Source of the DNA: Candidatus Parcubacteria bacterium
GTDB taxonomy: Bacteria > Patescibacteriota > Minisyncoccia > Minisyncoccales > JAGMDC01
Assembly: GCA_023128895.1 (NCBI GenBank)
Contig: JAGMDC010000002.1
Coordinates: 17,368 to 81,367 of the forward strand
Direction of reading: 5' to 3'
DNA: 64,000 bases
The notes beneath the pieces are model-generated. The model was given only the letters and a program-made list of their open reading frames with translations, was not told the origin of the DNA and made no database searches. Both the position numbers and the translations under genes were made by a program. Of the stretch, positions 56,833-64,000 are shown piece after piece (the first letter of the stretch is position 1; every line of letters starts with the position of its first letter).

Positions 56833-57332
56833 GGGATTTTCTTTTCTCCAAGCACGCACATTCAGAATTCTCAGCCCTTGCCAGTAATAACAACCACATC
56901 GTTGGGCGGCGTAATGGCTCAACGGCAATGGCGGCGAAGCCTCCGACATACGACGCAAATCGCTTATGGTGGTGTTTATTAGACGAAGTCCGAACTTATT
57001 ACGAACAGAACCCCGACGCTGATTGATTGCCACAAAGCGATAATCCTGTCCAGCGTTTCCGCTCGCCTTCGCTTCGCTACGGCGAGCAAAACAGAAAAAT
57101 TTTCTAAACATTTTTTTAATCGCCCTCTCGCAAATTTTTTTCAATTTAATTAAAGAAAAGAAAATTTTTCTGTTTTGATATTCTGCTGTCGCAGAATTGC
57201 GGAAACGCTTTTCAATCCTTGACGCTCGGGCGGGGCGGGAAGAAAAAGGGGTGTGGGGAAAATGAATTCCCGCCCCGCCCTCGCTTTGGACGCCGACGGA
57301 ATTTATGCCAGCGTTAGCTGGCGCGCCGCTAT

Positions 57333-58238
57333 TTATTTTTCTTCTGCATTATCTACTCTTTGCCGGTTGCGTATATTTAATTTCAGATTGAATTTGTTGT
57401 TATACTGATAATCGTGCAGTTTTTCTATAAAGTTTATCTTTTTTTCAGCGAAATGATCTTTTGACGGAATAAGGAATTCTTTTATTTTTTTATCCAGCCA
57501 AGTAGAAAATTTCTCGCATGAAAACAAAATCAAAAAGAAAAGCAGAAGTAATGACAGGTTTGATAGTGAAAAATCTCCATACGCCCAGAGATGACCGAAA
57601 AAAATGGCGGACGGAAAAGTCACCAATAAAATGGCAAAAAGAATATTCTTCGAAATGTAGAAGTACTTGAAAAACGGCTCAATATTTTTCTTTTCATCTT
57701 TTGGCGGAGGATTCTCACCCTTACCATAATGATATTTGTCGATAGCCGTTTGAATTCGTTCATAACGAGCATCGGATAACCAAAACAAAAATTTCAACAC
57801 TCTATTAGCTAACTCGTTGAGTATGCGTTTGAAAAAGAGTCTATCAGAGAGATGATTTGCCACTAAAATCTCTACAAACTCATTCATTGTAAAACTTTTA
57901 CTTGATAGCTGGTGGTTAACTTTTTGGGTAGCGTTATCAAATGTAAATTCGCTAGCATCCGAAAAAAAATTTGTGACTTTTCTTTTGTATCCCTCTCTTT
58001 CGGTGATGATATAGCTGGTCTTTTCCCCCTCTTTTTCGGGTCGAGTCATTTCTACGGAATAAAAAAATCCGCGATCTAGGACAGCGATTTTGATAAACAT
58101 CCGCCTTCCATCCTTGAAATAGGGCGTATTTTTCGGATAAAAACGAATCAGAGAAAATCCCATTTCATTCTGAAATGCTGTAATTGACTCATCAGAGCCT
58201 TGGCGTGTATAAAGTTTTACGAATTCTTCGCTGTTCAT
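57333..58238 (-). CDS. membrane protein: ~190-aa soluble N-domain plus two TM helices
   Basis: 301 aa. TM helices ILFAILLVTFPSAIFFGHLW and LSLLLLFFLILFS. No recognised family. Confidence 0.45.
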   Translation of the reverse strand: MNSEEFVKLYTRQGSDESITAFQNEMGFSLIRFYPKNTPYFKDGRRMFIKIAVLDRGFFYSVEMTRPEKEGEKTSYIITEREGYKRKVTNFFSDASEFTFDNATQKVNHQLSSKSFTMNEFVEILVANHLSDRLFFKRILNELANRVLKFLFWLSDARYERIQTAIDKYHYGKGENPPPKDEKKNIEPFFKYFYISKNILFAILLVTFPSAIFFGHLWAYGDFSLSNLSLLLLFFLILFSCEKFSTWLDKKIKEFLIPSKDHFAEKKINFIEKLHDYQYNNKFNLKLNIRNRQRVDNAEEK

Positions 58239-58312
58239 AGGATTTTACGCTTTTAATATTCGCCCGATTTTTTTTCGGGGGGATTTCAAAATCAATAAGG
58301 GCGGTGGGTGGG

Positions 58313-59290
58313 TTAAGAATTATTTTTTAAACCTTCTTTTGAATCAATATCAATCTCTAAATTGCCAGTGGTTAATTTCTTTTTGTTAATCCAAACAAAA
58401 CCTTTGTTTGGGGTTATAACTGCAACATCCACTGGTCCACCAACACCAGGCATATCACCTGGATTGCCTTGGATACCATCAGAAAATCTTTGTATAGCCG
58501 AAGTAGTTTGAATCATTAAAACACAAAAATCAATAGCATCTTGCAAAGTCATCGTTCCCCATTGAATTACATACTCTAATCCTCTTAATTGTTTGTTTAT
58601 TTCTTCCTGTCCTAAATTTTGGGCACTAGTATTTACAAAAGGCAAATTTCCAATTCTGCCGTCAAATCCTAAAACAATTCTAGAAACAACATCAATTTGT
58701 CCTATCCAAGAAGCACCATATTCTTTGCCTTTTTCCTTGCTATCTCGCTTTTTTTGAATTTCTCCGGGAATATAACAGATATAAACTTCATGGCTTCCGT
58801 CTTTATTATATCCAGCAACTAAAAGATTTATCATGTCAACGCCACCAACCCCTTCTTTAACTTGGCCTTTCGTATCTTTAAATTTAAATTTAACAACATT
58901 ATTCTCAACTTTAGTTTCAATGACTTCTCCCCCTTGCCGCTGAATATCATTTTTAATCTGTTCGGGAAGATTTTTTAATTGTTCTCGATAATTATATTTT
59001 TTATCAAAAAGATAGTATAGTTTATCAGCTATATCTTTTACACTCAAATCTTTTACATCTACTTCATGCTTAAATTCATCAATAAACTTACTAATATTTT
59101 TCATTATTCCATTCTCTGGCAAGAATGCTAAACCCGTAATAGCAACCCCGACACGATCATTTATTTGAAATAATTTAGAGGCATTATCACTGCCGATTCG
59201 TGCCATTCCTTTATGGTTACGAAAAGATTGTCTGCTGTCCGCAGAAATAACAATGCCCTCTGGTGTTGTTGTGTTTAATACTAATGACAT
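58313..59290 (-). CDS. proteasome beta/HslV-like Ntn-hydrolase with a predicted Ser1 nucleophile
   Basis: 325 aa. After Met removal, SLVLNTTTPEGIVISAD aligns position for position with HslV TTIVSVRRNGHVVIAGD (Ser1, Asp17). A Lys follows in ASKLFQI. Also LLVAGYNKDGSHEVYICYIPGE (GxD..G..LY..dP.G block) and C-terminal PVDVAVITPNKGF. Confidence 0.55.
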   Translation of the reverse strand: MSLVLNTTTPEGIVISADSRQSFRNHKGMARIGSDNASKLFQINDRVGVAITGLAFLPENGIMKNISKFIDEFKHEVDVKDLSVKDIADKLYYLFDKKYNYREQLKNLPEQIKNDIQRQGGEVIETKVENNVVKFKFKDTKGQVKEGVGGVDMINLLVAGYNKDGSHEVYICYIPGEIQKKRDSKEKGKEYGASWIGQIDVVSRIVLGFDGRIGNLPFVNTSAQNLGQEEINKQLRGLEYVIQWGTMTLQDAIDFCVLMIQTTSAIQRFSDGIQGNPGDMPGVGGPVDVAVITPNKGFVWINKKKLTTGNLEIDIDSKEGLKNNS

Positions 59291-59291
59291 A

Positions 59292-60278
59292 TTATTTTGT
59301 TGAATTAATTATTAATTGTGGAAAATTATATAAAACATCTCTCACTAATGTTTTATCTGTACTTTGAAATGTTGTTTTCGTGATATCAACCAAGAAAAAA
59401 TATCTTAAATCATTTATATCACGATCAGTTTTTTTCGACCAAAAAAGTATTTCGCCATTTCCTTTTAATGCTCCGCCTGAGATTTGGAAATCTACATATT
59501 GCGACCAAGATTTTATTTGCTTTTTAAACTCCAAAATTAAGTTATCCACCTCGCTTGTGCTCAATGACGAATGAAATAATTTCATCTGTTGGTTATCACC
59601 TTCAGTAAAAGAAATATGTGAGGTGCTACCATATTCTTTCCCAAATTGAAAATAATTATCTGAGTCTACGCCAGACCAAACAATCTTATACGGAGAATTA
59701 TCATCGGGAATTATATAACCGCTTTGAGTTCCAGCACTAGGCATTACAGGAGATATTATCAAATAATTACATTGAGCCATAAATAATTTTCCCGTTGAAT
59801 TATATAGCTTATCGTAATTTGATTTATCGGCAACAAATTGAATATTAAGTTTAAGTTCATTTAGCGTAGTCCCGTTTTGATTCAATAAATTTATTAAACT
59901 ACTGCTATCAATTAAATTTTTTTCAAAATCTGAGATATCGCCTTGATGTATGATTATATTTGAAGGATTGCTCCACTGGAAAGAATGAGTCGTTTGTGGA
60001 AACATAAATTCAAGGTTTAACTGAATTTTACCAAAAAAACTTTTTTCCTGCTCTATTTCATTAATGGCTATTTGCTTTAACATTATTGCTCGTGCTCGCC
60101 TTGGCTCGCGTTCTAAGTAGCCTTTTTTTGCAATAGCATCTAACAAATCTTTAGCGGTCTGTTTTGAGGATACCCCTAATTTTTCAGCAAGCTCAAAAAG
60201 AGTGGGTATTTTCCCTACCTTTTGTCCCTCATATATGATTTTTACAGCTTCACGCTGGCGATCAGTTAACTTTTTCAT
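59292..60278 (-). CDS. LexA-type winged-HTH N-domain fused to an unknown ~250-aa C-domain
   Basis: MKKLTDRQREAVKIIYEGQKVGKIPTLFELAEKLGVSSKQTAKDLLDAIAKKGYLEREPRRARAIML aligns well with the LexA DNA-binding domain. No S24 Ser/Lys peptidase motifs follow. Confidence 0.55.
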   Translation of the reverse strand: MKKLTDRQREAVKIIYEGQKVGKIPTLFELAEKLGVSSKQTAKDLLDAIAKKGYLEREPRRARAIMLKQIAINEIEQEKSFFGKIQLNLEFMFPQTTHSFQWSNPSNIIIHQGDISDFEKNLIDSSSLINLLNQNGTTLNELKLNIQFVADKSNYDKLYNSTGKLFMAQCNYLIISPVMPSAGTQSGYIIPDDNSPYKIVWSGVDSDNYFQFGKEYGSTSHISFTEGDNQQMKLFHSSLSTSEVDNLILEFKKQIKSWSQYVDFQISGGALKGNGEILFWSKKTDRDINDLRYFFLVDITKTTFQSTDKTLVRDVLYNFPQLIINSTK

Positions 60279-60286
60279 ATGCCTCT

Positions 60287-60316
60287 ATTATATACCTTAC
60301 ATAAGTAAGGTGTCAA
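60287..60316 (-). promoter_or_regulatory. consensus promoter with a palindromic operator; near-leaderless start
   Basis: Minus sense has TTGACA, an 18-nt spacer containing CCTTAC-TTAT-GTAAGG, then TATAAT. The -10 ends 8 nt before the ATG at 60278. Confidence 0.6.
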
Positions 60317-60328
60317 GCCCTCAAACTA

Positions 60329-61111
60329 TTATTTTCCAGAAATGAATGATTTTATTCTATTATTAGCCAAATCAACATATTTTTTATCCTTTTCAATGCC
60401 TACCCAATTTCTACCAAGGGCTTTTGCGACAACTGCTGTTGTCCCGCTTCCCATAAATGGATCCAAAACTAAATCTCCTTTACTGCTGGCGGAAAGTAAA
60501 ACTTGTTGAATCAATTTAAGTGGTTTTTGTGTTGGATGTGCTTTTATTCCATTTTCATCTTTCAATCTTTCTTGCCCTCTACATAAACCAAAAACCCAAT
60601 CAGTATCTTTCATTTGCTTTCCACCATTCATTTTTTTCAAAAATTCATAATTAAAAGTATATTCTTTGGAATTTTTATTTTTTACAGACCAAATCAAGGT
60701 TTCGTGATTATTTGTGAATCTTCGTCCGTTAAGATTTGGTAGCGCGTCAATTTTAACCCAGATAACATCGTTCAAAAACCACAACCCCAAATCTTGCATA
60801 ATTTTTCCAACACGAAAAATATTGTGATACATACCTATAACCCAAAAAGTTCCCGTCGGTTTTAATATTCTTTGGCACTCTTTAATCCAATTTTTGGTAA
60901 AATTGTCGTAATCTTCATAACTTTCAAATTGATCCCATTCATCATCAACAGGGATAATTTCAGAACCGTCAGCCCTTTTCAATCTTTTGCCTTTTGGTAA
61001 TTGTAGATAATAAGGGGGATCTGCAAAAATTAAATCAACGGAATTATCAGAAAATTTTTTCATTTCCTCTATGCAATCGCCACATATTATTTCATTGATA
61101 AATTTTTGCAT
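60329..61111 (-). CDS. beta-class N6/N4 DNA methyltransferase
   Basis: 260 aa. Motif IV is FADPPYY (N-terminal) and motif I is DPFMGSGTT (C-terminal). Confidence 0.85.
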   Translation of the reverse strand: MQKFINEIICGDCIEEMKKFSDNSVDLIFADPPYYLQLPKGKRLKRADGSEIIPVDDEWDQFESYEDYDNFTKNWIKECQRILKPTGTFWVIGMYHNIFRVGKIMQDLGLWFLNDVIWVKIDALPNLNGRRFTNNHETLIWSVKNKNSKEYTFNYEFLKKMNGGKQMKDTDWVFGLCRGQERLKDENGIKAHPTQKPLKLIQQVLLSASSKGDLVLDPFMGSGTTAVVAKALGRNWVGIEKDKKYVDLANNRIKSFISGK

Positions 61112-61117
61112 AGAAAA

Positions 61118-62239
61118 TTAAAAATTGTAAACGATGAGATGCTCAACATCTCTGTTGTTTCTACCTTTAACATTGTAAAGGTATGTCTTTTCAAAACTAT
61201 CTATTTTTATACTTTTTTTGTTGTTGTATAAATTGTAGATAAAAGGAGTTTTTTTTATTATCAAAATAAAATTTGCTTTTGTTTTGTATAAACAATTTGC
61301 TAATCGTTCTTGGTCTTTCTTGTCAAAAGATTTTTTTTCGTAATCACTAAAATCTGTGTCGTATGGGGGGTCGAGGAAAACAAAATCTTTTTTTGAAACA
61401 TCATGGTTATTAAAAATCTTTTCAAAATCTTGATTTTTTATTATTGTATTTTTAAATAGATTTTTGACTTCATCACTGAAAATATAATCTACTTTGCTTC
61501 TGAAATCCTTTTTATTGTAGCCAATGCCACCATAGGGAATATTGAAATGTCCATTTGTATTAAAACGAAACATTGATCCATAACAAAATTCCCTAATAAA
61601 ATAATAATTTGCGATTTTTTTAGGCAAGCTAATTTTGTATTTGTTGCCATTAAAATTCATAACATCTCGAAAGTGCATATAAAACCCGCTTCTAAAAGCC
61701 GTTTCTATATTTTTTTGGAGATCGCCTTCTGGCAATTTTCCTCTTTGTTTTTCAATTTCCCTTGTTCTGTAAATTTTAGAAATTAAATTTAAACTAATTT
61801 GCTTTAGCAAATTTTGTTCATCTAAACAGAATTTATTGAGAAATAGCCCATTAAAATGATCTTCTTTTTTTTTCAGAATATCATTGATTCTTTTTGCCAA
61901 TTCTTTTTTATCAATTTCGGCTCTTTTATATTTCTCATATAAATTTACAATTTTATTTTCAAAGATTCCTATATATTTTGGAATCTTTTCCCAATTTATA
62001 ACATATTCATAAAGTTCTTTTTCAAATTTTTCTCGCTCGTTTTTATCTTTCAATAAATTATAAAAATCTGTTAATTCCTCGCAAATATCATTTATAATCG
62101 CTTTTTTTGGTTTTAACTGAAAAAAAATACCTCCGCCGCCAAAAAAAGGTTCAATATACCGCTCGTATGACGGGATTAAACCTTTTATGTGCGAAAATTC
62201 TTTTGTTTTGCCGCCGGGCCATTTAATAAGTGTTCGCAT
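61118..62239 (-). CDS. Dam-family (D12 class) DNA adenine methyltransferase
   Basis: 373 aa. KWPGGK, EPFFGGGG and FLDPPY motifs. Longer than typical Dam because of an internal insert. Confidence 0.8.
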   Translation of the reverse strand: MRTLIKWPGGKTKEFSHIKGLIPSYERYIEPFFGGGGIFFQLKPKKAIINDICEELTDFYNLLKDKNEREKFEKELYEYVINWEKIPKYIGIFENKIVNLYEKYKRAEIDKKELAKRINDILKKKEDHFNGLFLNKFCLDEQNLLKQISLNLISKIYRTREIEKQRGKLPEGDLQKNIETAFRSGFYMHFRDVMNFNGNKYKISLPKKIANYYFIREFCYGSMFRFNTNGHFNIPYGGIGYNKKDFRSKVDYIFSDEVKNLFKNTIIKNQDFEKIFNNHDVSKKDFVFLDPPYDTDFSDYEKKSFDKKDQERLANCLYKTKANFILIIKKTPFIYNLYNNKKSIKIDSFEKTYLYNVKGRNNRDVEHLIVYNF

Positions 62240-62248
62240 ATTTTAAAA

Positions 62249-63067
62249 TTAATCAAGATAAGTTTTTTTAATAGAATCTAACGCTTTTGTAATCATTCCT
62301 GCTTTTTCTTTGTATGCGCTCAAAACTACATGATATCCGTCATCTGATTTACACACAAAATCCCAAAAATCTTTTCCAATTAACAGCTCGTCATCGGCAA
62401 AAAATTGTCGTACTCTTTCCTGCTTCCATTCTTTACCTTCGCCATATCTGTTATAGGCGGTTGCAAAATGGATTATAATATTTTTATCTTTTGGTAATGT
62501 ATTTGATAAAATCACAAATTGTTCTAAAAGTGCCTCTTTTTCAGAGCGCGCTTTTTTATTATCTAAATCACCGCCAATTTTTAATTCAATTAAAAAATTA
62601 TCGCCTGTCTTTTTATCAATTAAATAATAATCGCTCTCGTGTCTTTTAGTTTTTAGTTTGTTGTCTTTTGGTTTTACTCTCAAAAATTGATAATCTTCAA
62701 TCGTCGGAGGTGTTATCTCTCGTCTTTTATATTTCTCAAGTAATTCAGCAATTCCTCTTGTTTGCTCAACGCCCAAAGGTCCCTCAACTCTTTTTTTGAC
62801 TTCGTAGGAAAAACCAGCGATGTTTATCGCCAATTTTTCAAGCATATTCCCTAATGAACTATCTAACGAGCGGACAAGGGAAGAATAATATTGAATATCT
62901 GATCCAAGCGCTGCTATAAAAACATTATGGATTTTCATATTAATTGTGCCGTTTGGATTATCTACTTCGCCCTCGTGGCGCGCTTGAAATCCTTCCGCAT
63001 AAGATTCAATCGCTGTATGAACAAGTGATCGGATTGCTTCTTTTTTGTCTAAAGTATTGTTTGTCAT
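62249..63067 (-). CDS. type II restriction endonuclease candidate (PD-(D/E)XK)
   Basis: 272 aa. HESDYYLID...FLIELKIGGDLDNKKA (D...ELK). Sits directly upstream of two MTase genes. Family uncertain (recalls TdeIII-like enzymes). Confidence 0.5.
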   Translation of the reverse strand: MTNNTLDKKEAIRSLVHTAIESYAEGFQARHEGEVDNPNGTINMKIHNVFIAALGSDIQYYSSLVRSLDSSLGNMLEKLAINIAGFSYEVKKRVEGPLGVEQTRGIAELLEKYKRREITPPTIEDYQFLRVKPKDNKLKTKRHESDYYLIDKKTGDNFLIELKIGGDLDNKKARSEKEALLEQFVILSNTLPKDKNIIIHFATAYNRYGEGKEWKQERVRQFFADDELLIGKDFWDFVCKSDDGYHVVLSAYKEKAGMITKALDSIKKTYLD

Positions 63068-63071
63068 ATTT

Positions 63072-63158
63072 TTATTTCATTAAGACATCAAGCGAAACAC
63101 CGAGCGCGTCCGCAATTTTTTTAACAGTATCAATAGTCGGGTTTGGTGTCGCTCCCGC
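63072..63158 (-). pseudogene. 3' remnant of an XRE-HTH (C-protein-like) gene truncated at tRNA-Ala
   Basis: Hand translation gives AGATPNPTIDTVKKIADALGVSLDVLMK*, preceded by an in-frame TAG 11 nt from the tRNA-Ala 3' end. Its stop lies 4 nt before the endonuclease ATG. Confidence 0.45.
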
Positions 63159-63172
63159 CTACATATCGCATT

Positions 63173-63248
63173 TGGTGGACCTGAGCGGATTCGAACCGCT
63201 GACCTCCTCGTTGCAAACGAGGCATTCTGCCAACTGAACTACAGGCCC
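63173..63248 (-). tRNA. tRNA-Ala (UGC), CCA encoded
   Basis: GGGCCTG/CAGGTCC acceptor with G3-U70. Anticodon arm CCTCG-TTTGCAA-CGAGG. T-loop TTCGAAT. ACCA end. Confidence 0.9.
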
Positions 63249-63260
63249 AAAATTATAAAA

Positions 63261-63399
63261 TGTGGGCGAGGAAGGAATCGGAGAGTTGCCCGAAGGCGGT
63301 GTTTCACCTCGCTTTGCTCGGCGAAACGCGGGGGGAGGTCCTCACCACACCACACCATACATAAAAATTTATGAACACCTGCAGTGTTCAAAGTTTTTA
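63261..63399. repeat. GC-rich tRNA-flanking element B with a duplicated tRNA-Ile 3' end
   Basis: 63261-63282 is identical (22 nt) to 63400-63421, the T-loop-to-3'-end of tRNA-Ile. The interior starts gagttgcc, contains cctcgctttgctcggcg and ends in the hairpin GAACAC-ctgca-GTGTTC. Homologous to 14455-14597. Confidence 0.8.
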
Positions 63400-63401
63400 T
63401 G

Positions 63402-63474
63402 TGGGCGAGGAAGGAATCGGACCTTCGACCTCTGCTTTATCAGAGCAGCGTTCTAACCACTGAACTACTCGCCC
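63402..63474 (-). tRNA. tRNA-Ile (GAU)
   Basis: GGGCGAG/CTCGCCC acceptor. Anticodon arm CTGCT-CTGATAA-AGCAG. T-arm GAAGG-TCCGATT-CCTTC. Confidence 0.85.
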
Positions 63475-63724
63475 AAATTACTACCTTCATTCTATCAAAA
63501 ACAAAAGACCTGTAAAGGTCGCTAGTAACAAAACGCGCCTAAAAGCGCGTTTTGTTATAAATATTTTCATTAGTTAGTTTTTTAGAGTTGTCCCGGATTG
63601 TCTTTTTAGTGTTCAATCAACACTATATAAGGTTGAAAATAGAATTCTCAATTTTCGACCTTAGTCAACGCTAAATTAAATCTTGAAGATTTATAAATAA
63701 ATCATTCAAAAATTTAATTTTAAT

Positions 63725-64000
63725 ATGTTATGATCCACGCACAGGTTCTCCTACGCGTGCCTTGTTACGACTTAGTCCTTCTTACTGAATCCACCTTAGA
63801 ACCTCGCAAGGAGGCGCTTCGGGTGTTCCCAGCTCGCTTGACTTGACGGGCAGTGAGTACAAGACTCAAGAACGTATTCATCGCCACATAGCTGATTGGC
63901 GATTACTAGCGATTCCGGCTTCATGAGGTCGAGTTTCAGACCTCAATCCGAACTGAGACCGGTTTTAAGGGATTAGCTCCGCATTACTGCTTGGCAACCC
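63725..64000 (-). rRNA. rrs: 16S rRNA, 3' portion (continues beyond the window)
   Basis: Minus sense reads ...AAGTCGTAACAAGG...GTAGGAGAACCTGTGCGTGGATCA. Upstream conserved blocks include GTACACACCGCCCGTCA-type sequence (cttgtactcactgcccgtcaag). The exact 3' end is uncertain. Confidence 0.9.

Noticed and set aside
56975-57020. Strings reminiscent of RNase P RNA conserved regions (GAAGTCCGAAC ... ACAGAACCCCGAC) on the plus strand.
   Set aside because: In genuine RNase P RNA these blocks are about 300 nt apart and flanked by other conserved helices. Here they are about 15 nt apart with no P1-P4 context, so this is likely coincidence.
56833-57144. N-terminal 104-120 aa of track ORF 56188..57144.
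   Set aside because: The translation (…FARRSEAKASGNAGQDYRF…CGCYYWQGLRILNVRAW…) is not protein-like and coincides with GC-rich hairpins. The methyltransferase domain starts after M105/M121.

Overview
This is an AT-rich window with nearly all genes on the minus strand. I read it as a Candidate Phyla Radiation (Patescibacteria/Parcubacteria-like) chromosome segment, but that is inference: no similarity search was run, and family names come from motifs read by eye.

Layout:
- 1-14.4 kb, defence island: Cas4-like nuclease; a type I R-M operon (hsdM, hsdS, hsdR) carrying two embedded modules, a Panacea-type antitoxin with a RelE-like toxin and a Shedu-like DUF4263 nuclease; an OLD-family nuclease; DUF3800; and an ImmA/IrrE peptidase with a small membrane protein. 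The nuclease plus R-M part is bracketed by ~200-bp direct repeats.
- 14.4-27.5 kb, housekeeping: tRNA-Trp/Thr/Tyr, L33, AlaX, trmD, S16, rnc, nusB, L32, a NikR-like regulator, argS, smpB plus tmRNA, infC-L35-L20 and PolX.
- 27.5-31.3 kb: 5S rRNA and a 23S rRNA with two ORF-less group I introns.
- 31.5-54.6 kb, cell-surface cluster: cohesin-like and dockerin proteins, two CscA-like anchors, a WxL-like protein and a 4630-aa giant protein.
- 54.8-57.3 kb: small enzymes and a GC-rich structured spacer.
- 57.3-63.2 kb: a three-gene operon (LexA-NTD protein, Ser1 proteasome-like hydrolase, membrane protein) and a type II R-M with two methyltransferases.
- 63.2-64 kb: tRNA-Ala, tRNA-Ile and the 16S 3' end.

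Most unusual signals:
- the LexA-NTD / proteasome-like / membrane operon;
- GC-rich ~120-nt elements that duplicate the T-loop-to-3'-end of the adjacent tRNA;
- a tRNA-like RNA with an aberrant anticodon arm;
- a 16S 3' tail lacking CCUCC;
- a Csc/WxL-like surface cluster built around the giant protein.

RNA ends and domain borders are approximate.
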